Source of the DNA: a virus
Taxonomy: Duplodnaviria; Caudoviricetes
DNA: 64,000 nt
Virus record (IMG/VR): IMGVR_UViG_2895192334_000003
Span: 7,415-71,414 of that record
Direction: 5' to 3' (one strand)
This document shows positions 1 to 11,400 of this stretch, piece by piece. Within the stretch, counting starts at the first letter, position 1; the number at the start of each line of letters is the position of its first letter. The position numbers and the translations under genes were made by a program. The notes beneath the pieces were generated by a model. That model saw only the letters and a program-made list of their open reading frames with translations, ran no database searches and had not been told where the DNA came from.

Positions 1-679
1 TAGTCATTTGTTGAATAATATTGTTACTAGTAGCATTTGTTGATTCAGCCTTAGTAACATTAGCTTCTAATTTACTATTTATTTCCTTAGCATTTTGGAT
101 ATTTTGAACAATAGGAGATGCCTTTAATTCTTCTGTGATACCTATCGCATTATCTATTGTAGAATTTAAATCTTTAACTATTTTTTGTCCCTTATCATTA
201 GAAGCATTTAACTTTTCAACAATATCATTTGACCTATTAACAAAACTTTCTTGTTGAGAAGCAAGAGAATTATATTCACTAATTTTACCCTCAATATCAG
301 CCAAAGTTAATATAACTCTATTAGAATCATCAACTTTTAACCAAACCCTTGAAGCAGGGAAGTAGGCAACACCCATACCATTGTAGCTAACAGAAATTTC
401 CTTACCATTTAAAGATTGATTAAGATAAATAAAACCATTGGTATAATCAACATAAAATTTATCAGCAGTAATTTCTTCTTCCTCACTTCTAACTTCCACT
501 AAAGTTTGTGAACCAAATTTAACAACAACGCCTAGTTTACTATCTGGCAACTCATTTAGAGGAACACAAGAATTAGCCACTTGATGCCTTTCACTCTCAA
601 TTTTATTTGAAATCCTATCACCATTATGAGTGTATCTATAATTTGTAATAATAGGATTTGAATATGATTTATAATACAT
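1..679 (-). CDS. Tail-region protein, 5' part only (runs off the window edge; missing from ORF track)
   Basis: ATG at 679 with GAGAGGTG RBS; manual translation MYYKSYSNPIITNYRYTHNGDRISNKIESERHQV...FYVDYTNGFIYLN...coiled-coil is open to position 1; lies downstream of the tail genes. Confidence 0.65.
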   Translation of the reverse strand, partial: MYYKSYSNPIITNYRYTHNGDRISNKIESERHQVANSCVPLNELPDSKLGVVVKFGSQTLVEVRSEEEEITADKFYVDYTNGFIYLNQSLNGKEISVSYNGMGVAYFPASRVWLKVDDSNRVILTLADIEGKISEYNSLASQQESFVNRSNDIVEKLNASNDKGQKIVKDLNSTIDNAIGITEELKASPIVQNIQNAKEINSKLEANVTKAESTNATSNNIIQQMT

Positions 680-694
680 TTAACACCTCTCTTA

Positions 695-1792
695 TTAACT
701 CCCCAAAACTCTTTCATTAACTTTCTCTCTTTGTACATAAAGACATTTGTCGACCACTTTCCCAATGTCATAAATAAAATATTTGGATATAATTTCATCT
801 TTTCTAACTGTATATGGTAAATTATCTGTCCCCAAACCAACTCTTCGACAACAACGAGCGACTGAATCTAATAGTGAGTTATACATATTGGCTGTAATAA
901 TATCTTCGCTTCTTGGAATGTAGTCACTATATTGAGTATATTCAATCGTTCCATATACTGTGGATTCTAAATAAAAACTCATATTAACCAATCTACGCCA
1001 ATCTTCACTTACAGAACTCAATTGAGTAACATTCGCATTAAACCCGTTGTCATCTCTTGTTAAAACAGTATTATAAACACCCTTGTATATTGTCCAATTA
1101 TTGTATTCACTCATACACAAAAAAGGTTTGGAAAAAACGTTATAATTATCACCATGCAAGCCACCACCAGAAGCCAAGTGACAAGTTCCAATTGGAACAG
1201 AGGGAAAATAGCTTAAATCAGTTCGACTTAAAGAATAAGAAACAGTTCCGTAAAAAGTGCCATCAGTCAGTTGATCTTCACGAATGTAATCGTGACCTTG
1301 AACAACATATCGGCTTGTTTTCGTACCATCAGCCCTATATAAATCCCAAGCTTTTGTCACACTTACTAAATCCACATCACCATACCCATCTGTTTCAATT
1401 TTAACTTTAACATAATTATCTTCCACAGATTCAAAACTCACCAATTCTATTCTCGTCAGCCTATGAGCAGGTGGCTTATCTCCACCACCATTCTTAATTA
1501 TAATTTCACTAGAACCTCTTATTGGTATTGGATATTCTTGGTGATTATATACACCATAAATAAAAGCTTTGTAATATCCAGATTGAGTAGTTCTACCATC
1601 AGCTGTTTGAGTGATATCAAATTGAACGTGAGCTTCGTTGGAATAACTTCCAGAAGTAGGGTCTCGCCAACCCATATGAGTACTCTCAAGATATAGTCTA
1701 AAACAGTCATAATCTCTGGCTGGATACTGTAAACCACCAATAGTAACGACTACCATACTATCGTTATAGTCATCAATTGTAGCATAAGCCAT
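695..1792 (-). CDS. Hypothetical tail/baseplate-region protein (365 aa)
   Basis: ORF with GAGGTGA RBS directly after the Tal-like gene; beta-rich composition; no recognised motif. Confidence 0.55.
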   Translation of the reverse strand: MAYATIDDYNDSMVVVTIGGLQYPARDYDCFRLYLESTHMGWRDPTSGSYSNEAHVQFDITQTADGRTTQSGYYKAFIYGVYNHQEYPIPIRGSSEIIIKNGGGDKPPAHRLTRIELVSFESVEDNYVKVKIETDGYGDVDLVSVTKAWDLYRADGTKTSRYVVQGHDYIREDQLTDGTFYGTVSYSLSRTDLSYFPSVPIGTCHLASGGGLHGDNYNVFSKPFLCMSEYNNWTIYKGVYNTVLTRDDNGFNANVTQLSSVSEDWRRLVNMSFYLESTVYGTIEYTQYSDYIPRSEDIITANMYNSLLDSVARCCRRVGLGTDNLPYTVRKDEIISKYFIYDIGKVVDKCLYVQREKVNERVLGS

Positions 1793-1803
1793 TTAATCAC
1801 CTC

Positions 1804-4599
1804 TCAACCAAATTGAACATAAGCAGGAACACGACCATTATCTAATTGACGTGCCAAAGAGTCTAATGCTTGATAAATTCTTTCTATATCTTTCATACTA
1901 GACACTGGAACACCCCCAATATACAATTGGCTACCATTCCACATTAAACCATTGTTCCCGCCAATAGTTAAAGTTCCATTGCTTGTGTTGTATTTAAAGC
2001 CATTTGATCCAAATATAACACCACTAGAGGATATGTCGATATAATTTGTTCCAGAGCTACCTATTTTTAACCTTGATGTAGCTGGCATTGATATGCCAGA
2101 AGTATTAACAACAATCTTTTCACCATTGGGAGCTATAATCGACAGATCCCCTTTCGCATTTACATAGAAAACCTCTCTGCCATCTTTTTTGATATAAAAC
2201 CCCTTAGCGTTCATTTCGGTATTAACAGTAGTACCACTATTAGTGTTACTTACAGTTATGCCGTCTTTATCAATGCGAACACCATTAGAAGTTGTAGTTA
2301 AGCCATTATCACTTAATTTAGCACCACCATAGGACTTATCTTTGTAAACTAAATCAGACACTTCTTGCCAATGACAAGTTCCACTATAAGAGCCTATACC
2401 AGTCCAAGAATAAGTCTTATCCTTATTGTATCTGTAAATACCCACTACCTTGCCAGAACCATCTTCATTAGTAGATTTAAGCCATAAAGCCCCATCTGGA
2501 ATTTTAATTGAACTATCAACAGTACCATTTTTAACATCTGGTGGAGTTTTTTGTCTATAAGTTTTTCCACCATTAGCTCTAACAAAATCTGCTAATTGAG
2601 ATTCTTCTGTTTGGTCTGTAATCAATATTTGATTAGCATTAACAGTAACAAACTCGCCAAGTCTACCACGAATAGCTTCCGCATTAATACCATCGCCACT
2701 AATAGCAGTACCCACAGTTTCCCAATTGTCATTAGTAAAAGCTATAACATTGTGAACACCTCTAACTTGTCTATTATCAATAGTTCCATCAGGATTTTCT
2801 TTTAATAACCACAAGCCCCTATCATCTAAAATAGGTTTTTGATTTTCAGCAGACACAATAGCTTGTTTAGACAAATCTAAATTCATATCTAATCGTCTAG
2901 CAATAGTAGAATATTTTTCAATAGACTTATTCCACTCACTATCTCTTAAAGCCACTTGATGAGAGGCTGTCTGTATATTGGATATTAAATCACTTAAATA
3001 GAAAGTAGGGTCAGTAGTAGAAAACTTGTTGCCAAAATGCAATTTAATGCCCTCATTGCTATAATCAAGTTCCATTTCTAGCAATCTAACCTCAAACTTA
3101 ATGTCCAAATCATCTGATTCTAAATTGACTAAATCACCAACTTTAAGTCTTGCCATAGGCTTCTTAAACCTAGCAATTTTTCTAAAGTCGTCTAAATCCA
3201 TATCAAAGGAAATAATAGGGTAACATAACCTCTTAATTTCTTCTTGTGCATATTCATAGAGATTGTTCTCATCAGTTCTTTTAAAAGAATTATCTCGAAC
3301 AACACTCTCTTTAATAAACCTATCATATTCTCTTAAAACATCTGGGGTAAAGAATAGGGAAACATCTACTTGTTTTTTTAAATCTTCTCTCTCTTTATTG
3401 GCAGCAATAAGATACTCTGTATTCTTTTTTATCTGGGAATGAATTTGGAGTAAATTTTGTCTTTCTTGCTTCAACTTAGCTTGATTTTCATGCATCTTGT
3501 TTGTCAACTCTGCACGAATTTCATCTTCATTATCATATTGAGAATTAGGAAGAGCTAAACCAGACACATTTTGGTCTATAAGCGTTTCTAGTCTTTTAAT
3601 AGCGTTTTCTTTTTCTTGTCGTAATACATCTAATCTGCCTAATTCTGTGTTGAACTTATCTAACTTTTTAACAATTTGAATAAAAGTAGGAGTTAAGTCC
3701 TTAACAGCCTTATCGTATTTATCTAAAGCATCTTCAAGATCCTTAGACATATAATGAAAATCTTTATAAAAAGACAAATCCTCCACATAGTTTTGTCCTA
3801 AAACATTGTAATTTTGAAAAGATATAGTATCATCACCATACATATATAATCGAGTAACAATGTCGTCAGTATTAATCTTCTTGGTGATTGACTTAACAAA
3901 ATTATTATCTGAAATCACAATACCTTGATTACCACCAAGAGCATTTTTTTCGCCATCAACAGTAATTACCCTTATCTCTTCTTTAACAGTGTCATATTGA
4001 AATAAACAATTAAACTTCTCCTGGCAAGTTTTAAAAGCATCTAAAATAGAAGTATCAGAGAATTTAAGTTCCCTAGTCTTGTTTAATAGCTTAGGGGCAA
4101 CATAACTTACTCTCCATGATGTTTTATTTTCCACATAATTGAGGAATCCTCTTTCAACACCATCTCTATCTATGCTATTGTTAGGGTCATACAACATACT
4201 ACCCTCTTTATCAAACTTTTGTACCTTTTTATAAGACAAAGTATATTCAGTAGAATAAGCAGTTATTGACTTTACAACTTCGCCACTTTCACTCTTTCTT
4301 TCCTCTGGATTTTGAATAATGAAATATTGACCCTCTTTGTCGTCTTTGCCATCATTTAAATATATAAAAAAATCTCCGTAAATAGCATCGTACAACTCAT
4401 TTCTAACCTTTTTACCTCTAGCGGTTGACCTATATAGAGGAACATCAAAGGACAACTCGTCAACATTTACAAGAGATATTTTTCTATTTAAATTATTGAT
4501 ATTGTGTATCTCCATAAAAGGCTTTCTATCTGGCTTACAAAGAGATAATCTCATCTTCTTTTGAAAATCCACACCCTTTAAAGATATATCCATAAACAC
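1804..4599 (-). CDS. Tail-associated Tal/tail-spike protein (prophage endopeptidase-tail type, SPbeta YomG-like)
   Basis: Follows Dit; N-terminal Tal-like region (ELSFDVP...TRLYMYG), central coiled coil, C-terminal Gly/Ser-rich beta repeats. Confidence 0.75.
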   Translation of the reverse strand: MFMDISLKGVDFQKKMRLSLCKPDRKPFMEIHNINNLNRKISLVNVDELSFDVPLYRSTARGKKVRNELYDAIYGDFFIYLNDGKDDKEGQYFIIQNPEERKSESGEVVKSITAYSTEYTLSYKKVQKFDKEGSMLYDPNNSIDRDGVERGFLNYVENKTSWRVSYVAPKLLNKTRELKFSDTSILDAFKTCQEKFNCLFQYDTVKEEIRVITVDGEKNALGGNQGIVISDNNFVKSITKKINTDDIVTRLYMYGDDTISFQNYNVLGQNYVEDLSFYKDFHYMSKDLEDALDKYDKAVKDLTPTFIQIVKKLDKFNTELGRLDVLRQEKENAIKRLETLIDQNVSGLALPNSQYDNEDEIRAELTNKMHENQAKLKQERQNLLQIHSQIKKNTEYLIAANKEREDLKKQVDVSLFFTPDVLREYDRFIKESVVRDNSFKRTDENNLYEYAQEEIKRLCYPIISFDMDLDDFRKIARFKKPMARLKVGDLVNLESDDLDIKFEVRLLEMELDYSNEGIKLHFGNKFSTTDPTFYLSDLISNIQTASHQVALRDSEWNKSIEKYSTIARRLDMNLDLSKQAIVSAENQKPILDDRGLWLLKENPDGTIDNRQVRGVHNVIAFTNDNWETVGTAISGDGINAEAIRGRLGEFVTVNANQILITDQTEESQLADFVRANGGKTYRQKTPPDVKNGTVDSSIKIPDGALWLKSTNEDGSGKVVGIYRYNKDKTYSWTGIGSYSGTCHWQEVSDLVYKDKSYGGAKLSDNGLTTTSNGVRIDKDGITVSNTNSGTTVNTEMNAKGFYIKKDGREVFYVNAKGDLSIIAPNGEKIVVNTSGISMPATSRLKIGSSGTNYIDISSSGVIFGSNGFKYNTSNGTLTIGGNNGLMWNGSQLYIGGVPVSSMKDIERIYQALDSLARQLDNGRVPAYVQFG

Positions 4600-4602
4600 C
4601 CC

Positions 4603-5373
4603 CTAAACTATTGGAAATTGCAAATCAAAAATAATCTCACAATCTCCCTTTATTTCTATACGATTATTGCCACCAACAAGATAAAACCAATTCTTGTTAA
4701 AGGATTCACCATAGACATTTCTAGGATTGTCTGTCGCATATATAGTCCTATATTCATTATCTATCTGAATAATTTCATTTTTAGCAATGTCCTTTAATTT
4801 CATAGTGTATGTGTCATTGGAATAATTTGCTAAAGATATATCTCCCTTTGAGTTTAATTTCTTTACAACCATTTGAGGATAGAATTTATCATCAAACACA
4901 CTCTTGTTAGATATATTTACAAACTTAGAACCATTAACAGTAAACGTCAATCTCTCTGGAACAGTCCAAGCATGATTAGCATTAGTAGTAAAGGAAAAGG
5001 GGATAGCACCATAATCATTTAACCCCTCCCAAACAACATAGTCCTTGCATATAGCATAAAAAATCTTATGAGGATCATCGCCAGCATAAAATTCTTTATA
5101 ATCATCGCATACCAGCCAATTAACTAACTCATTATATAAACTTCTAGTCCATTTTCTATCTTCCGTAGGAGCAATCAACAAATCAAACTCAATAGGTTCT
5201 TTCTCAATGGACTGTAAAAAATACACACCATGATTGCTATAATTAGATGTATTAATTTTTCTAGACCCAACCAAAGGTCTTTTAGCAAGTTCAGAACCCA
5301 TTCTAATATTCATAAACCCCTTGTCATAAGACTGAATTCCATTAAAGGAAAACTCGCTAGATTGCATAAGCAC
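4603..5373 (-). CDS. Distal tail protein (Dit)
   Basis: 256 aa immediately after the tape measure; FSFNG...WL..D.Y...L..G.N.I pattern typical of Dit. Confidence 0.8.
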   Translation of the reverse strand: MLMQSSEFSFNGIQSYDKGFMNIRMGSELAKRPLVGSRKINTSNYSNHGVYFLQSIEKEPIEFDLLIAPTEDRKWTRSLYNELVNWLVCDDYKEFYAGDDPHKIFYAICKDYVVWEGLNDYGAIPFSFTTNANHAWTVPERLTFTVNGSKFVNISNKSVFDDKFYPQMVVKKLNSKGDISLANYSNDTYTMKLKDIAKNEIIQIDNEYRTIYATDNPRNVYGESFNKNWFYLVGGNNRIEIKGDCEIIFDLQFPIV

Positions 5374-5412
5374 CTCTTTTCATAAATATAAACCTAAATG
5401 TAGGGAGGAGCA

Positions 5413-8400
5413 TCACTTCCTAATGCCCCTCTTTTTAAGTCCAATTATTAAATTATCTAAAATCTCATCTGATCGTCTTTCAATTTCTCTAACTGTATTT
5501 TGGTCAGCGTTTCCCTCTATATTAATCAAAGTATCAATGTTAATCTCTGGAACTATACTATCAGCACCATTGTAAACACCTTTGCCATAAATCGCTGGAG
5601 CAGAAATATAATTAGCTATAATACGCCCTAGAGCATCAAATTGTGGAGTATTGAAAATATATTCTGGTGATGACTTAGTACCATGTAACATAGCCATGCC
5701 AGTGTAATCAGCTACACCACCATTAGAATAACCATTGACTTTAGGATGCCTTAAAACCTTATAATCATAAGTCCAAACACTTGGACCAGCAGGTTTACTT
5801 GGACTGTGAGCACCAGTAGTGTTTAAAGTGCCGTCTTGTGTAGCTATTTCTGTGTGATTACGCTTACCATCTCTAACCCATAAAATATCTCCACGTCTAA
5901 TTTGCTCCTTTGGGATGTGTCCCAAATCTTGCCAACCGTATTGAGCAAGCTTAGGTATCATATCTCCAGTGTAAAAACCATCTCCACCATATAAACCAGC
6001 ATTTTTAACAGCATAGTAAACATAAGAAGAACAATCTCTGTGAGTTGTATATCTGTTGCTACCTTGTGAATAAGGTAGACCATCTTGTGCCTTAGCCGCA
6101 CTCATGAGAGCTTCCCTGACAGAGTTGTCGCCACTATCATAAGGATAATCTTGATTCATATATGAATCATCAAAATTATTCTCTAAATCTTCCTTATAAC
6201 CTCTAATATAATTTAAAGCACCAACATAATCGCTCTTATCGGCAGGAGTTCTATTAAATCTATCTAAAAATTGACTTTGTTCCTTATATCTATTGTAGTA
6301 ATCTCTACTAGTCCAATCTGCGAAAGTAGGTTGACTATAGGAATAGCCGCCTCTCTTAAACTGATTCATCTGATTATCAAAAAAGGCTTCACTACTACCT
6401 CTAGTATATGAACTTAACAAGCCAAAATCAGCCAATGCAGTATCTCTAGCTTCTTCTCTGCCAAAGTTGCCACCAAAAGGAGTAAATTGCCCTCCAGCTT
6501 GTCCGACTTTCATAGCAGAGCCAGTGTCTTCCACCCATGCCAACCCCAGTACTTCACCGTTGATATCTTTATTAAAGTTTTTGTTATTCCAGTTACCAGC
6601 ACCAGCATACTTTGCTCTCAATAAATGGTTCTCGTGAGATAATCTCTTTTTTTCAGATGCACTAGCACTACCCCAAGCTACTTTGTTGTTAATATATCTT
6701 TCTGTGTCGTCTTTACTGAAACCTAAATAATTAGCCTTGTCACCAAGATATTGTTGATAACCCTCATCTGTCAAGCCAAGTCTAGCTTGTAAACTACCAG
6801 CACTAGCAGATGATTTTGCCATACCCATGATTTGTTGAGCTTCTTTTGCTTTTCTAATGACAGCATCAAGGTCGTTAATATATTTTTGAGCTAATATACC
6901 ACTCGCATGTCCTTGTTCTTTCATGCCGTCAATCATAGCATCTCTAATAGTTATAGATGCACCAGTAGCATCTTGAACATAACCAGACAAAATAGCAGTT
7001 TTAGCTTCAGCATAAACACTAGAAGCTTTCATCTTCTCGTCTAATATTTCTAATTCGTGCTTATGTTCATCTTCAAGCATTTGTTTTCTATTGTCTAATA
7101 ATTCTCGTTCATGTTTAGCATTGTCATCCATTTTCTTTTGTTTCTGTTCAATGCTATCTTCATAATCTTTTAATTGTTCTTGTAGTCCGTCTTGCGTTAG
7201 CTTCCTAGAGCGTTCCTTTTGAAATTTCTCTATCTCATTATTTTTGTCGGCAAGTTGCTTTTTGAGTTCAATACGCTTTGCTCTTCCTTCCGAAGAGTCA
7301 TCAAGAGATAGGGAGTTAATGCGATATTGCAACTCATCTCTTTCTTGCATCTTCTTGTTGAGTTCTTCGTTATAATCTTCTTCTTCAGCTTCCTTGTTGA
7401 GGGCATCGATTTTCCCTTGAGTGTACTTTCTATAAGCTTCTAAAGCATCTTGTAGCCTTTTCTTTTCTTTTTCGAGTTCCTTATCACGAGCTTGAGCTTC
7501 TTTTTCAATGCTATCCATTTTAGCTTGATGATTTTTGTCTATTTGCTCTCTAATCTTTTGATTTCTCTGTTGAATATAAGTTACAAGTTTAGATTCAATT
7601 TGTTCTATGGTACTAACAGCATCATCGTATTTCTTCTGCATAGCATCATAAACTTTCATCTGTTCTTCAACTCTCAATTTTTGAAGTTCAATAATAGAAA
7701 TCTTAGTTTCATTAAGCTTATTAGTAAACTCTGATTGTTTAGATGCCAAGCCTTGCAAAGTAGTTTTATAAGAACTAGAGTTAGTATCTAATTTTTTAAT
7801 TTCCTCATTGATAACTTTTAACACAGACTCATATTTTTTAGCCAGAGCTTCAGTTATATAAAGCTTGTTGTTAATTACATTAATCTTAGATGCCTGCAAA
7901 CTCATACCAGCAGTGTCGCCCATATTTAAAGCTTCAAAAAGAGATTGTTCGGCTTGTATTTTCTTAATAGCTAAATCAGAAACCTTTATGATATTTTCGT
8001 ATTCATCGATTTGAGCCTTAAAATACTTATCAAGACCACCAACTTTAGCATCGCTAATCTTTTTTTCAATTTCCTTAATAGCCTTTGTTCCAAGTTGCGT
8101 CTTGTATCGTCTAGCCAAGTCATCTAATTTAGAGGAATAAGTATATTGGTCAATCTCGCCGTATTTTAATTGTTCCTCTAAATCATCAACTAAAACCTTA
8201 ACATAAGGGGGCATAGAGTTGTCAGCTTTGCTCTTGGCGTCTTTTAACATCTTTTCAAATTTCTGCTTGCCACGTTTAGACAATGAGCCAGAATTATTCT
8301 TATAAAGATTTTCCACACCCTTATAAAATTGTTCTTCTGAAATACGACCCATTTCAAGCTCGTGTCTTAAATCCTCAATCTTATCCTCAATGACCTTTGG

Positions 8401-11400
8401 GACACCATTTGGCGAAGAGTTGCCAGAGCCTTTGCGATTTGAATCATTGTTTTTTACGATGTTTTGTAGCCTCTTATCGCCTTGTTTAATAGTACCCGCA
8501 GTATTACTCATCTCTTGTTCAAATTCATTATTTGCATTTTTTAATTTTTCTTTAGCCTTTTTAACTTCCTCTGAACGCTTCTTATATTCCTCTATATCTG
8601 CTTCCAAAGTAGTGCCAAAGGCAGTGCTTTTTTCCACAAGCCTGCCACTAGAAGTTGGCACTTTAAGTTTGCCATTATTTAAAGTAGTATTTATTGTAGC
8701 AGTTGGAGATAATAGATTGCCAACGGGAGTTTGTAGAATTTTATAATAATTATCCTTTGTACCTAAAGCGGCATTAACAGTGTTCATAGTCGCCATAGCA
8801 AAATTAGCTAGAGTTGATAGTTTATCCCTAATACCAATAGCCGCCTTTGCTACTTGTGCTTCTGTTAAGCCTAATTGCGTTGCAAGATTTGAAAAAGTTA
8901 CTGTAACAGCACTTTTAACAATAGCATCTTGTTCTTTCACAAAGGCACTACTATCAGTTAAGCACTTTTCAGTTTCTTCTTTAGTCATTCCAGTTTTTTC
9001 CATAACCTCTGCGACAATCTTATCCCAAGTAACAGAGTTATTATCTTTCATATCACGCATCATGGCAGTAAAATCATCAGCAAACTTTGCAACTTGTTCT
9101 CTTGGAATGTCAAAATCATCATCAGCAAAAATCAAAGACATTGTAGGAGTATTCTCAAAGGCATCAATTAGACGATTATAATTATCTTTGGCATCATTTA
9201 TTTTAGAAGTAGATTGGTCTAAAGCATTGGCAAACTCATCAATTTCACCCTTTTGATTGACCCATACACCATTAGCGTTTTGAGATAAATTGTTTATTTG
9301 AGCGTATAACTCTAAAGCTTCACCCTTAGCAGCATTTAAAGCACCAGCATAGTCGCCAATATCTATAAGTCCAGCATTAAATTGATTGTGAATATTATTC
9401 ATGGATTGTTGCAATTGATTAGCTAACTCACCATTTAAAGCCTCTATTTGGGAAGTGTCAAGTCCAGACAATAGATTAGATAAATCCGCATCATCTTTAG
9501 CATTTTTAATCTTGTCTAAAAACTCCTTAACACTTGTCGTGCCACCCTCAAAGGTAGCTTTAACTTTATCCACACCCTTTGTAATATCATTAACCATGAG
9601 TTCAATATTTTTAGAAACATCATCAGGATTTGTTGCTTTAGCAATTGGATTGCCGCTTACATCAGTTTCCATGTCGTATTTTTCTCTTAACTTGTTAATG
9701 GCTTCGTCTGTTGTCTTATTGGCTTCATCTTGCTGTTCGTTATAATGTTCTAAAGCTCCGCTTAGCAGTGTATAGCCATCTTTAGTTTTTACAAGATATT
9801 GAGCCATTTCATTATCAGCACTTAAAAGCTTCATCACAGTACCATTGCTTATATGACCAGTGTCGTATATCTCTTGAAAGGCAGTGTCCATAGCATCAGT
9901 CTTATTAGTTAAATTATTAAACTCATCGACTAATTCTTGAATAGTTTTTGCCATTTCTTCTATTTCATCTTTAGTATCACTTGCCTTGTCGCCAATATCC
10001 CCAATTGCATCTTTCACATCTGGAGTTTTTGCCAAAAATGCATCAATAAAGTCTATTATTGGCTTGCCATTATATGATTGTCCATCAAGCATTTTCTTTA
10101 GTTCGTCATCTGTTGTGCCTGATATAGCTTGATTTTGTTTTAATGTTTGTAGTTTTTCTGTTAGTTCTAACTCTTTTTTAGTCTGTTCTATCATGGCATC
10201 ATCTAGCTTTTTCAACATTCCAGCCGGATTATCGCCATTATTGATTTTCTTTCGTAAATCCTTGACATTCTTTAGGGCAATTAAATACCTTTCCACAGAT
10301 TGTGTCAATTTGCTTGCACCCGTAGGCATTTTACTTGTGCCTAACCCACCAGCGGAATCCACTGTAGGTTTCACAAGATCGTGTATTGATTTTTTAGCTT
10401 CTGAAATAGCTATCTTATTATTTAACTCATACTCTTTCTCTTTTAACTCAACAGCAACCCTTAAAGACTCATTGTATAAGTCCATGGATTCTTTATTGCC
10501 AACAGTAACACTATGAGCTATACCTAATACCCTAGCCAATTCCTCTGTTGTAGACTTATAGGCATCAAGAGCATTAGAATCACCTTTCTTATAAGCATTA
10601 GTTTTAGTAATATCGTCTAGTTCCTTTTTAAGCTCTCTAATATTATTAATAGCTTCATCAGCCTTGCCAGATGTAAAATCCTCTAAAATATTAATTCTCT
10701 TTTGCCTATAAACATAATAAGCAGTAGCTAAAGCACCAATAGCTAATGTTATACCACCTATAATACCAGCAGTACCACTCATGGCGGTTTTCATTGCCAT
10801 AGCATTACCTTTGAGGTTAGCCATAGCCACTGATAAAGAAGAAACAGGACTTATAGTTTCCTTAGCTTTTTGCTTCATTGCATCAAAACTATCAAAGGCT
10901 TCTTTAATATCCTCTTTCTTTACCAAAAACTCTGTGCCGCTTAATGTAGATAGAGTAGCACCCACTTTGAACTTTTTACTATAGCCATTACTAGTCAAAA
11001 GACGGAACAAACCACCAAGACCATTAGAACCAAAGACTTTTTGAATACCAGATAGACCCATCATAGCGGTCTTAAAAAGACCAATAGTGCCAACAACAGT
11101 TAGGATTTCCTTATTATACTTAGAAAAGAATTCAATGCTAACTCTAGTTCCGTCTGCAATATTTTTAAGCAAATCTAAAAAGCCATTATTGCCAATAGAA
11201 ACAGCCAACTCTTGAAAAGCTACTTTTAACTGTTCAACTTTTTTAGCATAAGTTTCCATCATCTTAGCATTTTGTCTTTCAGCAAAACCTTTAGAGTTTT
11301 GAGATAAAAGAATCCTTTCTCTCATAGACGACCAGCCCTCAACCAAATTCTTTAATGTGGCTACATTACGCACACCTGACAAGTTTTTAATCATATCATT

